Of a stretch of DNA of 64,000 nucleotides, positions 1 to 9,592 are shown piece by piece. Both the position numbers and the translations under genes were made by a program. Under the pieces are notes generated by a model. That model was not told the origin of the DNA, searched no databases, and saw only the letters and a list, made by a program, of their open reading frames with translations. This DNA is from Pseudomonadota bacterium (GTDB taxonomy: Bacteria > Pseudomonadota > Gammaproteobacteria > Burkholderiales > Rhodocyclaceae), in assembly GCA_018261895.1 (NCBI GenBank), contig JAGTRT010000005.1, positions 18,353-82,352 on the forward strand. Direction: 5' to 3'. Position 1 is the stretch's first letter. The number at the start of each line of letters is the position of its first letter.

Positions 1-1
1 C

Positions 2-1471
2 AAATGGGCACAGGATTGGCGCCAGGTCGAAGCAGGAACCTATGGTCAGTCGATCGATGACTACAAAACCCAAACGTTTCGTCTGCAGCAGATGCTTGGT
101 GAACGCAGCGAACTTACCTTCGGATATGCACGACGCACCAATGATGGCGTAGGTTATGGAGGCGGCGGTTCAGGCGGCGCGAATAACGTGATCTGCGACG
201 ATACCACCGCCTTGGCGGCACCTCTCGCAGTAGGTACGACGGTGAAATGTCGGGCAGTCAATAACAATAGTCCAGCCTATACCAACACCCTCAAGGCATC
301 GAACAACGTTGTCGAATCAAATAGGGCTTTGTTCCGTCACGAATTCGATCTCGCCAAATCCACCCTCTACGTGGGCATGGAAAAGGTTGATATCAATGGC
401 AGCTCAGCCACTTACGTGAATGCATTCAATGCGCTTCAAGGCCAATCCGGCTTCTGGGCACAAGGTGCAATGACGAGTACCGGGCAGGGGTCGGTGGTCC
501 GCGAAAAACACGAGACGCCGCTGATCCACTTTGAATTCTCGCCGGTTGATAGCTTGCGTTTTCATCTTGGCCAGCGCTTTGACAGGATTACCTACGCCAC
601 TGACGACCGGACAGTCGCCAACAAGGATGTCGAAAAGAGCTATAACGGTCAGGTCCTCAAAACGGGCGTGACCTATGACTTGAGCAGGAATCACCTGATC
701 TGGGGCAACTGGTCGGAAACTTTCAACGCGCCGGCTAGCAGCACCTTGCTCGATTCGTCGGCGAAAGGAACGGCCGGTAACACCATCGGAGCCGATCTCA
801 ATCCGGAAGAGGGTGTGACGCATGAGCTCGGCTTCCGTGGCACTTTCCCTGATATGCGTCTGCACTATGACGTCGCTCTTTATCACAGTTCCAACAAGGG
901 ATTTGTTGTCGCACGCAGTTGTACTGCCGCGGAGCAAACGGCTTTCAATCTTGGGGCTGCCTGCAACATCAATGAAAACGTTGGCGAGCTGACGGCCAGG
1001 GGGCTTGAGTCCATGTCTTCATGGGCGGTCTTACCCTGGCTCGATATCGGGGCGACATATACCTATGCGCAGGCCTACTTCAACAATTACAAGACCAAGA
1101 CCGTCGACTACACCGGAAAATCATATCAGGCGATGCCCCGTCATCGCCTGAATTTGCGTATCGCCGTTAAGCCTGCAGCTGGCTGGAAGGTCGAACTCGA
1201 GGGCGACCATATATCTTCCTACTTCTACAACGATGCCAATGAAGGCACCTACAGCCGTCCAGACCTCTACAGCTTGCGAGCCAGCTATCGTGCGAAAGAC
1301 TGGTCGTTCTGGATGCACATCATCAATCTGACTGACGAGAAGTATGCGACTCGGGTCGGGATGGCGACGATTGCTGGTCAGTCCAATGTGCTGGCGGCCT
1401 CAGCCGGGCAGGGGAACGCTGGTTCCTATACACCGCTGTCGGTGCGTCTCGGCCTGTCCTACAACTTCTAG
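2..1471 (+). CDS. TonB-dependent outer-membrane receptor (5' truncated by window edge)
   Basis: Frame is open from position 2. Beta-barrel-like sequence with LNPE..THELG and NLTDEKY motifs and C-terminal GLSYNF. Confidence 0.85.
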   Translation, partial: KWAQDWRQVEAGTYGQSIDDYKTQTFRLQQMLGERSELTFGYARRTNDGVGYGGGGSGGANNVICDDTTALAAPLAVGTTVKCRAVNNNSPAYTNTLKASNNVVESNRALFRHEFDLAKSTLYVGMEKVDINGSSATYVNAFNALQGQSGFWAQGAMTSTGQGSVVREKHETPLIHFEFSPVDSLRFHLGQRFDRITYATDDRTVANKDVEKSYNGQVLKTGVTYDLSRNHLIWGNWSETFNAPASSTLLDSSAKGTAGNTIGADLNPEEGVTHELGFRGTFPDMRLHYDVALYHSSNKGFVVARSCTAAEQTAFNLGAACNINENVGELTARGLESMSSWAVLPWLDIGATYTYAQAYFNNYKTKTVDYTGKSYQAMPRHRLNLRIAVKPAAGWKVELEGDHISSYFYNDANEGTYSRPDLYSLRASYRAKDWSFWMHIINLTDEKYATRVGMATIAGQSNVLAASAGQGNAGSYTPLSVRLGLSYNF

Positions 1472-1522
1472 CGATTTGAAGGCTTGCTGCCAATCAGCGG
1501 GTCGATTTTTCAAGGATTGGAC

Positions 1523-2857
1523 ATGACGAGTTTGAACAGACTGTTTGCCCTGTTGTTCCTGCTGATGCTGAGTGGATCGCTCTTCGCCGAGCCCAGCGAG
1601 GCCCAGAAAGCAGAGTGGCGTGCACGGCGTGAAGCTGCAGGGGGCGAGGCTCCAAGTGAGGCGCAGCGGGCCGAATGGCGTGCTCGCCGTGAGGCCAGGG
1701 AAGCTTCTGCAAAAGCAGACGAATCGAAGCCGACTGTCGTGGCGAACGAAGAGCGCATTCACCCAACATCGGGTAAATCAGCACCAGTTCCCGAGCTCTC
1801 ACACGACCATGGCGCGATGGGTAGTCGGCCTGCTGCCGACAAGGGCGCAGTCAAGCCGGAAGAGGCGGCGCGTCCTTCCGGCCGGCCGGCCGGCATGGGC
1901 ATGCGTGGGGGCGGCGGGGCGATCTGGTTGTCCGATTCACCGCCTTCGCGGGGAGATGGCGCGGGACGCGGCGGAATGGGCGGCATGATGGGCATGGGGG
2001 GCATGGCGATGGGTGGCGAGCGCAGTGGGCCGCCGAGCAAGCGGCTGTGGATGCGGGCCGGGAGCGATCCTCAGAAATCGGGTTTTGCCCGCGAAGATGC
2101 CGATGCGCAGAACGAGACTTTGATCGTTCGCCCGCAGGGGCCCCTGGATGGAGAAGCCTTGGCGCCGCCGGCCGATGGCAAGAAAAATCTGGCATTTGAA
2201 ATGCCGGTGCAGGGCTACTACCGCGTCTATGCGAGCAGCCGCAAATTGCAGGGAGAGACACTCAATATCAGTGTTGCCAAGGCCGAGATCGCCAATTTCA
2301 GTCACGGCGGCGATGAGGAGGAGCGCGCCCAGGCGCTGACGGCGCCGCGTGTTCTGGATTCGGCGCCGATCGAAATCGTGCGGGAAAAGGCGGCTGACGA
2401 AAAGATGTTCTTCCAGCTGAAGTCTGGCGATGAACAGGCTTTCGTCGTTCTGCAGAAAGGCTTGCCGTTGCAGGGGGCGCGCGTGCGTTTCGTGAGCCAC
2501 GAAGGCTGGAGCAAGGAAGCCGTGAGCGACGAGCAGGGGCGCGTGAGCTTCCAGGTGATTCGCGATTATTTCCCGGCCTGGGACGATTTCAAGAAGCGCT
2601 TCAAGGCCAGTTACCTGATCATCGCCGAGGCCAATGCCGCCGAGAAGGGCGTGTTCAAGGATCAGCCCTACAGCAATGTGCGCTATCAGGCGACGCTGGC
2701 CGGAAATTACTATCCGTCGCCCGACGATTACCGTTCCTACGCCTGGGGACTGGGCATTGGTTTGTTGATCGTGCTGTTCAGCGGTACTGCCGTCTATCTT
2801 TATCGTCGACGTCGGGTCAAGCCTTTCCAGGAGGTGCGTTTCGATGACGGCCGCTAA
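1523..2857 (+). CDS. Exported protein with C-terminal membrane anchor, Gly/Met-rich linker and N-terminal tandem repeat; function unknown
   Basis: ATG 1523 follows an AAGGA RBS. Signal peptide MTSLNRLFALLFLLMLSGSLFA. C-terminal hydrophobic helix followed by YRRRR. Confidence 0.7.
   Translation: MTSLNRLFALLFLLMLSGSLFAEPSEAQKAEWRARREAAGGEAPSEAQRAEWRARREAREASAKADESKPTVVANEERIHPTSGKSAPVPELSHDHGAMGSRPAADKGAVKPEEAARPSGRPAGMGMRGGGGAIWLSDSPPSRGDGAGRGGMGGMMGMGGMAMGGERSGPPSKRLWMRAGSDPQKSGFAREDADAQNETLIVRPQGPLDGEALAPPADGKKNLAFEMPVQGYYRVYASSRKLQGETLNISVAKAEIANFSHGGDEEERAQALTAPRVLDSAPIEIVREKAADEKMFFQLKSGDEQAFVVLQKGLPLQGARVRFVSHEGWSKEAVSDEQGRVSFQVIRDYFPAWDDFKKRFKASYLIIAEANAAEKGVFKDQPYSNVRYQATLAGNYYPSPDDYRSYAWGLGIGLLIVLFSGTAVYLYRRRRVKPFQEVRFDDGR
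1592..1696 (+). repeat. Intragenic tandem duplication (60-nt period) encoding PSEAQ(K/R)AEWRARREA twice
   Basis: Read directly from the translation; the two DNA copies differ at synonymous positions. Confidence 0.8.
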
Positions 2858-3842
2858 GCCTGCGATGCAACGGTTGCGTGACGCGGTCAACGAAGTTGAT
2901 TTCAACCGTTTCCGCTTCTGGTTCCAGATCACGGCCTTCATCCTCTTCGTCTATGGTGGTTATCTGGCGATCGATCTGGGCTCCAAGCTTCCTTTCTTCT
3001 CCTGTGGCTACAATCGAGAGGGCCGGGCCGGGGTCTGTTACCTGCTGCCGCTGCAGCATCAGTTGGGCAGGAACTGGGCCGTCCTGTTCAGCATGGCGAG
3101 TCTGACCATCCTGACGGGCTTCCTGACCTTTGCTGCATGGTTCATCGTGCTCAACAAGGGATGGTGCGGCTTTGTTTGTCCACTGGGCACCTTGCAGGAC
3201 TGGATCAGCGCCTTGCGTCGTCGTCTGGGCATCCGCTATGCGAACTACACCCAGGGACAGTTCGCCCAGCTAACCAAAATCAAGTTTGTCTTGCTTGCCT
3301 TGCTGATCCTCATTCCGCTGGGCATCGGCGGGGGGCTTTTTTCGCATGACATGAGTCCGCCGTTCTGCCTGATTTGCCCGGCACGCATGGTATTGCCGCT
3401 CTTTACCGGTGATTTGTCGCAATTCACCATCGATTTCTCCAGCAAGACGGCTGTTGTGATGACGGCGCTGGGTATCTCGGTGACGGCGCTGTTTTTTGTC
3501 GGCAGCTTCGTCAAGAAACGCTTTTTCTGCTTTTTCTGCCCGATGAGTGCCCTGCACTACCTGATTTCCAAGCCGGCGCTGCTCAAGCTCAAGAAGGACG
3601 GCAGCAAATGTACCCGTTGCGGCGACTGCTACGCCGTCTGCGACATGGAAATCAAGGAAATCGCCGATGACGTCAAGACGACCAACATCATGACCGACGA
3701 CTGCACGATGTGCCTCAAATGCGTCGCCAGCTGCCCGGAAACCGGCGCCCTGAAGGCGACGTTTGTCGGTATTCCGATTTTTGTCTCTACCGAAACCGGT
3801 TTCATCAAGCGCATGAACAAGGGTTGTCAGCATGGAAAATGA
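2844..3842 (+). CDS. NapH/MauN-like membrane 4Fe-4S binding protein
   Basis: Multiple TM helices, WCGFVCP-type motifs, and two ferredoxin motifs CTRCGDCYAVC and CTMCLKCVASCP. Confidence 0.85.
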   Translation: MTAAKPAMQRLRDAVNEVDFNRFRFWFQITAFILFVYGGYLAIDLGSKLPFFSCGYNREGRAGVCYLLPLQHQLGRNWAVLFSMASLTILTGFLTFAAWFIVLNKGWCGFVCPLGTLQDWISALRRRLGIRYANYTQGQFAQLTKIKFVLLALLILIPLGIGGGLFSHDMSPPFCLICPARMVLPLFTGDLSQFTIDFSSKTAVVMTALGISVTALFFVGSFVKKRFFCFFCPMSALHYLISKPALLKLKKDGSKCTRCGDCYAVCDMEIKEIADDVKTTNIMTDDCTMCLKCVASCPETGALKATFVGIPIFVSTETGFIKRMNKGCQHGK

Positions 3843-5121
3843 AATTCACCAGGTCATTCCGATCAACCCTGTGCCCTACAGTCGCTCCCGTCAGGCCGGC
3901 GAGGCGCAGACGGTACTCGATCACATCGTCGATGACTTCCAGGAAAACCCGGTGGCGATGCAGTATTTCTATGATCTGTTTCGCCAGGTCTATTGCCATG
4001 GCGACGAGATTCCGCACAGTGGCAAACTGGTCGGGACCACCTGCATCCAGGCGCCGGAAGAACTGATCTACGCCTTCGGCGCGACGCCGGTTCGCCTGTG
4101 CAACGGGTCCTACCACTACGATCAGCGCGGCGCCGACTTCATGCCGGCCAAGTCCTGCTCGCTGGTCAAGGCAACCCTCGGCATGCTCAGTTCGGAAAAC
4201 GTCATCCCGAAAATCGGCAAGCCCGATCTGGTGGTCAATCCAAGCACCTGCGACCAGAAGAAGAAATCCAGCGTGATGATCGAGGGCATGGGCTATTCCG
4301 TCTATGACCTGGAGTTTCCCAACGTCAAGGAAAGCGAGGCGTCGCGCGTCTATTGGCGGCGTTCGGTGCGCGAATTCGCCAACCAGTTGCGCAAGCTGAC
4401 CGGCAAGCGCCTGACCCGCGCCAATCTGAAGGCAGCGATGGCGATGACCGGGCGCGCCCAGGCGGCTTTCCGCACCCTGCACAATTTCCGTCGCCAGACA
4501 CCGTCGCTGATTCTCGGCAAGGATGCCTTTCTGGTTACCAATGCCTATTTCTTCGACGACATCGAACGCTGGACGACAGCGGTCGAGAAGCTCAATGCCG
4601 AATTGGCCGAACGTCAGGCAGCGGGATTCCGGGCCGTGCAGAGCAAGGCGCCGCGCGTCGTGTTCACCGGTTCGCCACCCATCTTCCCCAACCTCAAGTT
4701 GCCTCTGTTGATTGAGGAAGCGGGCGGCGTGGTGGTGGCCGACGAAACCTGTTCGGCCAACCGCATGCTCTACGACATGACGGCGGTCGATGAATGGCTG
4801 CTCAGCGACATGGTCGACAGCCTCGCCGACAAGTACCTGAAACCCTGCACCTGCCCGATCTTCACGCGCAACGATGACCGCAAGCGCCGTTTGCTTGATC
4901 TGGTTGCCCAGTTCAAGGCCGACGGTGTGATCTATCAGGCATTTTCGGGCTGCCAGGTGTACGAGATGGAATACCGCAGCGTTGCCGAGGAATTCAACAA
5001 GGCCGGCATCCCCATGCTCTACATCGAAACGGACTACAGCCCGGACGATCAGGGGCAGCTTTCCACCCGTATCGAAGCCTTTCTCGAGTCACTGAAAAAT
5101 CGGAAGAAGCGTCACGCATGA
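3832..5121 (+). CDS. 2-hydroxyacyl-CoA dehydratase-family Fe-S protein, double-cubane cluster protein (DCCP)-like
   Basis: Motifs VGTTC..PEE, RLC, SCSLVK, TCDQKKK, DETC, CTC, SGC, IETDYS..GQLSTRIEAFLE. Cys at about residues 71, 90, 109, 140, 307, 339/341 and 374. Confidence 0.85.
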   Translation: MENEIHQVIPINPVPYSRSRQAGEAQTVLDHIVDDFQENPVAMQYFYDLFRQVYCHGDEIPHSGKLVGTTCIQAPEELIYAFGATPVRLCNGSYHYDQRGADFMPAKSCSLVKATLGMLSSENVIPKIGKPDLVVNPSTCDQKKKSSVMIEGMGYSVYDLEFPNVKESEASRVYWRRSVREFANQLRKLTGKRLTRANLKAAMAMTGRAQAAFRTLHNFRRQTPSLILGKDAFLVTNAYFFDDIERWTTAVEKLNAELAERQAAGFRAVQSKAPRVVFTGSPPIFPNLKLPLLIEEAGGVVVADETCSANRMLYDMTAVDEWLLSDMVDSLADKYLKPCTCPIFTRNDDRKRRLLDLVAQFKADGVIYQAFSGCQVYEMEYRSVAEEFNKAGIPMLYIETDYSPDDQGQLSTRIEAFLESLKNRKKRHA

Positions 5122-5924
5122 ATTATTTTGCTGGAATCGATGTCGGCTCGACCGCCATCAAGGTGGCCCTGGTCGATGAACAGGGCCAATTGGCCGGGGT
5201 CCATGTCACGGCATCGGGCAGCCTCTTTCACAAGAACTCGACGGAAGCCCTCAACGCGCTGCTGAACAAGCTGGGGCTCCAGCGCGACGACGTCCGCTAC
5301 CTGATCGCCACCGGTTACGGTCGCAAATTGTTCAAGGAGGCCGACGACTCGATCAGCGAAATCACCGCCAACGCAGCCGGTGCCTTCGAAACCGGCAAGG
5401 CCTACGGCGGTGTGCGCACTATCATCAACATTGGTGGCCAGGACTCGAAGGCGATTCGTATAGACCCGACCGGCAATGTCGAAAACTTCGCCATGAACGA
5501 CAAGTGCGCTGCCGGCACTGGCCGCTTCCTCGATGTCGCGGCGCGCAACCTCGAACTCGATCTGGAAGAGCTGGGCGACTACCACTTTCAGGGCGACAAG
5601 GCGCCGCTCAACATCAACAGCACCTGCACGGTTTTTGCCGAATCGGAAATCATCGGCCTGCTCGCCAACGGCCACGGCAAGTCGGAGATCATCGCCGGTA
5701 TCCATTACTCGATCGCCTCGCGGACGGTGCGTCTGGCCAAGCGGGTCGGGGTCGAGGATCGCGTCTATTTCGACGGCGGCCCGGCGCTCAACAAGGGGCT
5801 GGTCGCGGCCATTCAGGACGAACTGGGGCGCGAATTGCTGGTCCCGGAATACCCGCAGACGACGACGGCTTTCGGCGCTGCCATCCTGGCCCGTAACGAC
5901 TGGCAGGAAGAAAACGCCGGATGA
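5118..5924 (+). CDS. ATP-dependent activator (HgdC / BadF-BadG-BcrA-BcrD ASKHA ATPase, DCCP-reductase-like)
   Basis: GIDVGSTAIK, ATGYGR, IGGQDSK, MNDKCAAGTGRFL, STCTVFAESE. Confidence 0.92.
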   Translation: MNYFAGIDVGSTAIKVALVDEQGQLAGVHVTASGSLFHKNSTEALNALLNKLGLQRDDVRYLIATGYGRKLFKEADDSISEITANAAGAFETGKAYGGVRTIINIGGQDSKAIRIDPTGNVENFAMNDKCAAGTGRFLDVAARNLELDLEELGDYHFQGDKAPLNINSTCTVFAESEIIGLLANGHGKSEIIAGIHYSIASRTVRLAKRVGVEDRVYFDGGPALNKGLVAAIQDELGRELLVPEYPQTTTAFGAAILARNDWQEENAG

Positions 5925-6619
5925 TGGACCCGGAAACCATCGTCGGCTTGCCGATGGCCTTCGCCCTCGGCCTGGTTTACGGACTGGGGCCGTGCCTGGT
6001 CAGTTGCCTGCCTTACCTCGGGCCGGTCTTCCTGGTCCGCGATTTCAGCTGGCGGCGGTCCTGGCGCGTGGTTTTGCCGCTGTCGCTGGGGCGCTTGAGC
6101 GGCTACACCGCTTTCGGCGCGCTGGCCGGCTGGGTCGGGCATTACGCCAAGGAAGGCATGGCTGTATCCCCTTCCCTGCATCTGCTGATTGGTGCGGCGG
6201 CGCTGATGGTGGGTATTTCGCTACTGCGCCGCACTCGCCCGAGTTGCGCCCTGGCGGCAGCCGGGGCGTCGGGCGAGGTGGTGCCGCTGCAGCGTTTCGA
6301 TGTCGGCCAGCAGGCGCGGCCCTTGCTGCCGGGCGGGCTTTTCCTGATGGGCGTCGGCATGGCGCTGACCCCCTGCGGGCCGCTCGGCGTCGTTCTCTTT
6401 TCGGCCGCCGCTTCGGGCGGAGCGGGGAGCGGCATGTTGCTGGGCGGCGGCTTCGGGCTGGGCGCCATTGTCGTGCCCTCGCTCGTTTACGGCCTGGGCG
6501 TTTCGTATTTTGGCCGTCGGTTGCGCGAGCAGTTGGGGCCGTGGTTGCCGCGCATCGAGTGGCTGAGTGCCGGTCTGCTCATCCTGGTTGGCTTGCGCCA
6601 ACTGACTTTCCTTCTCTGA
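5921..6619 (+). CDS. DsbD_2/CcdA-like (often labelled TauE/SafE) membrane protein
   Basis: About 6 TM helices with GPCLVSC, GRLSGY and TPCGPL motifs. Confidence 0.7.
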   Translation: MMDPETIVGLPMAFALGLVYGLGPCLVSCLPYLGPVFLVRDFSWRRSWRVVLPLSLGRLSGYTAFGALAGWVGHYAKEGMAVSPSLHLLIGAAALMVGISLLRRTRPSCALAAAGASGEVVPLQRFDVGQQARPLLPGGLFLMGVGMALTPCGPLGVVLFSAAASGGAGSGMLLGGGFGLGAIVVPSLVYGLGVSYFGRRLREQLGPWLPRIEWLSAGLLILVGLRQLTFLL

Positions 6620-6630
6620 CGAAAAACAAG

Positions 6631-8709
6631 ATGAAAAATCCGCTTTATTGTTCCGTGGCCCTTTCCTTATGTGCCGTTTTTGGGGCGCAGGCCGAAGAGA
6701 AGGTGCTCGGCGAAGTCCGGGTCAATGCCAGTCGCGGCGAGGTGGCCGAGCGCCGGGAGGCGGCGACGCAGAAAGTGGTGATCGGCAGCAAGGACATCGA
6801 AAACATGGGGGCGCTGACGGTCAGCGACGTGATGAGCAAATTGCCGGGCGTCGATGCCGGTACGCCGGGCGCCGATGGCTCGATGGCGATGCGCGCACGG
6901 GGCATGACGCGCGATTCGGTGCAGATGTTCATCGACGGCGAACGTGTCGCCGGCAATGCGCGCATGGCGCAGGCCATGGTCGGACGGCTGCCATCTACCG
7001 AGCTTGATCGGGTCGAAATCATCCGGGGCGCTTCGGCGGAGTTCGGCGGCAGCGCGCCGGTCACCGTCAATCTGGTCTTCAAGAAAGCGCGAACCAAGGA
7101 CTCGACGGCGCTCAAGGCGGCGCTTGGGCTGCGCAACGACGAACCCAATGCCCAGTTCACCTTTACCAAGGGGGGCGGTGACACGGCTTTTTCGTGGATG
7201 GTGCCGCTCACCGTGAATTACCACGCCATGCCGTCCGGGCGAGAGCTTGAGCGTGCGGACAGTACCGGCACGAACCAACAGGACAGGGAATCCGGTCGGA
7301 CGACCATCAACGAATTTGTTTTCTCGCCGCGCCTGACCTGGAAGTCGGGGAGCGACAGCCTGAATGTTTCGCCCAGCCTGTTTCGCGCCTATGGCCATAC
7401 GGTGAACGACATGACGCGCCAGGATCTCGCGGTGCCGGGCAACGGCGGAGCACGGCATGACGATGAAGAGAGTAGTACCGCCTTCAATCGTCTGCGCGTC
7501 GATGGCGAGATGGTGCGCGACGGGACCAAATACTCGGCCCGTCTCGCGTACTCCGACGGCGAGCGCAAGGCCGACATGGTGCGCGACTTTGTCGGTTTTG
7601 GCGCGGCGCCCCGGCGCAGCGTCGAGGAACGCAAACGTAACGAAACCGATGTGAATGGCACGCTGCGTGTTGATCGGCCATTCGGCGAGCATCTGCTGGC
7701 CGTCGCGGTCGAGGGCGTCGAGCATCGCCGCAACGACAGTTTGAACGGCAGCACGGGCAGCGAATCGCACCGCGGCTGGGACCGCCAATGGAGCGCCTGG
7801 CTGCAGGACGAATGGAGCCCGAATACGGCGACGACCTTCACCGGCGGCTTGCGCGGTGAATCCATCCGCTATTCGGCCGATGGCAACGAGCGGCAATACA
7901 ACGAACTCCTGCCTTCCCTCGCGCTGCGCTGGGAGCCCGTTCAGCGCTGGGTTTTCCGTTCGTCGCTCGGGGCCGGCATCAAGGCGCCCAAGCTGGAGGA
8001 ACTCCTCAATCAGCCGATCTTCAGCGTCAGCAGCAATACGCCGCTGGAGCCGGACCGCAGGGGAAATCCCAACCTTCAGGCCGAGCGCAGCGTCAATTTC
8101 GAGGCGGTGCTTGAACACTATCTGGCCGGCGAGGCCGGTGTGCTCGGGCTCAATGTCTATGCCCGGCAAACCGAAAATTTCATCGAGCGGCGTACCCAGC
8201 AGGAAGGCGCCAGGTGGGTTGAGCGCCCATGGAACGAAGGGACGGCAAAACACTGGGGCGTCGAACTGGACGGCAAATTCCGGGCGGACGGCCTGGGTTG
8301 GCGTGGCGCCACCTTCCGCAGTCATCTGACCGTGCCGCGCAGCCGGGTGGATGACGCCCGCCTGGGGATCAGTCGTCAGGCCCGCGAGACGCCGCGTTAC
8401 CAGTTGAGCGCCGGCTACGACCAGACCATGGGCGAACTGAGTTTCGGGGCGTCGGTGCAGTATTTCAGCCGCGTGGTCACCGAAATCCCCAGCGAGCAAC
8501 GCGCGGTGACGCGCGATCGCACGATTCTGGATGCCTATGTTCTGCAGCGTCTCAGCCCGAAATTCAATCTGCGCCTGTCGCTGCAAAACCTGCTCAAGAC
8601 CCAGACCCGCCAGCAGCAGGAGGCCTATTTCGGCGGCGCCAACTGGTCGCTCGGCAACACGGCGCTCGGCGTGCGGACTGTCATGCTGGCGCTCGAAGGC
8701 AAGTGGTAA
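6631..8709 (+). CDS. TonB-dependent outer-membrane receptor
   Basis: Signal peptide from MKNPLY (ATG 6631), plug motifs LPGV and RVEIIRG, GNPNLQAE, C-terminal W. Confidence 0.9.
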   Translation: MKNPLYCSVALSLCAVFGAQAEEKVLGEVRVNASRGEVAERREAATQKVVIGSKDIENMGALTVSDVMSKLPGVDAGTPGADGSMAMRARGMTRDSVQMFIDGERVAGNARMAQAMVGRLPSTELDRVEIIRGASAEFGGSAPVTVNLVFKKARTKDSTALKAALGLRNDEPNAQFTFTKGGGDTAFSWMVPLTVNYHAMPSGRELERADSTGTNQQDRESGRTTINEFVFSPRLTWKSGSDSLNVSPSLFRAYGHTVNDMTRQDLAVPGNGGARHDDEESSTAFNRLRVDGEMVRDGTKYSARLAYSDGERKADMVRDFVGFGAAPRRSVEERKRNETDVNGTLRVDRPFGEHLLAVAVEGVEHRRNDSLNGSTGSESHRGWDRQWSAWLQDEWSPNTATTFTGGLRGESIRYSADGNERQYNELLPSLALRWEPVQRWVFRSSLGAGIKAPKLEELLNQPIFSVSSNTPLEPDRRGNPNLQAERSVNFEAVLEHYLAGEAGVLGLNVYARQTENFIERRTQQEGARWVERPWNEGTAKHWGVELDGKFRADGLGWRGATFRSHLTVPRSRVDDARLGISRQARETPRYQLSAGYDQTMGELSFGASVQYFSRVVTEIPSEQRAVTRDRTILDAYVLQRLSPKFNLRLSLQNLLKTQTRQQQEAYFGGANWSLGNTALGVRTVMLALEGKW

Positions 8710-8711
8710 GC

Positions 8712-9182
8712 ATGCAAGCGATGTGGGTTCGGATGGCGGCCGGCATGCTGTTGTCGGTGGGGCTGGCCGCACCCTCGCAGGCGCAGCAGGTTCGGGCCGA
8801 TACACTGATCAAGTGGCGGCAGTCGGCCTATCAGGTCATGACCTGGAGTACGTCGCGCATTCGGGCCAATGTCGAAGGGCAATTCAATCGCGACGAGGTG
8901 ATCCGCGCCGCGCAATTGCTCAATTCGCTGGCCAATGCGGGGATGGGCACCCTGTACCCGACGGGGACGGAAAGCGGATCGGGGTGGCACGAAACGACGG
9001 TCCGTCCGGAGCTTTTTCGCAACCAGGCACTGGTCGCAGAGCGTGCTGGTGCCCTGGCCCGCGAAACAGGGGCCATGTTGAACCTGGCCGCTTCGGGCGA
9101 CGTGCCGGCAATCAAGGCGCAGTATGGCCGGCTGGTTCAGGCCTGCAAAAATTGCCACGAAGACCTGAAATTCCGGGAATGA
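8712..9182 (+). CDS. Cytochrome c' (class II cytochrome c)
   Basis: Signal peptide, IKWRQSAY, C-terminal CKNCH heme motif. Confidence 0.85.
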   Translation: MQAMWVRMAAGMLLSVGLAAPSQAQQVRADTLIKWRQSAYQVMTWSTSRIRANVEGQFNRDEVIRAAQLLNSLANAGMGTLYPTGTESGSGWHETTVRPELFRNQALVAERAGALARETGAMLNLAASGDVPAIKAQYGRLVQACKNCHEDLKFRE

Positions 9183-9288
9183 GTTGGCGTCGCCGGGTGT
9201 TCCGGCGCAAGGAAAGCTGGCGCGATCCCAATCGCGCTGCGCTAAACTGCCGCGCCATGACCATCATGTCTTGCCGTTTCCCGTTCCC

Positions 9289-9522
9289 ATGACCGATCTC
9301 ATTCGTACCGCGCTGACCAGAAGAATCGCGAGCAATGCGCTGCGCATTGCGCTCGTCGTTGGCACCGTGCTCAACCTGATCAATCAGGGCGCGGCGCTGC
9401 TGGCCTGGTCGGGCATTTCGTGGGGGCATGTGGCGCTCAATTTCCTGGTGCCGTACTGCGTGGCCAGCTACAGCGCCGCGAAGAACGAGTTGAGCCGGGA
9501 TCGGGGCAGCCGGCGGGACTAA
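9289..9522 (+). CDS. NrtS-family small membrane protein (nitrate/nitrite transporter-like)
   Basis: ALVVGTVLNLINQG...LNFLVPYCVASY matches the NrtS signature as I recall it. Confidence 0.65.
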   Translation: MTDLIRTALTRRIASNALRIALVVGTVLNLINQGAALLAWSGISWGHVALNFLVPYCVASYSAAKNELSRDRGSRRD

Positions 9523-9592
9523 GGGCGCGTCTTGCCATGAGGCGGGCTGGCATGCTGAATGCTGGTAGGGCTGATCCAATCAACGGAGGTCC

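Noticed and set aside
5533-6630. Apparent 1058-aa TonB receptor with a long N-terminal extension
   Set aside because: The extension overlaps the activator and CcdA-like genes in another frame. The real start with a signal peptide is at 6631.
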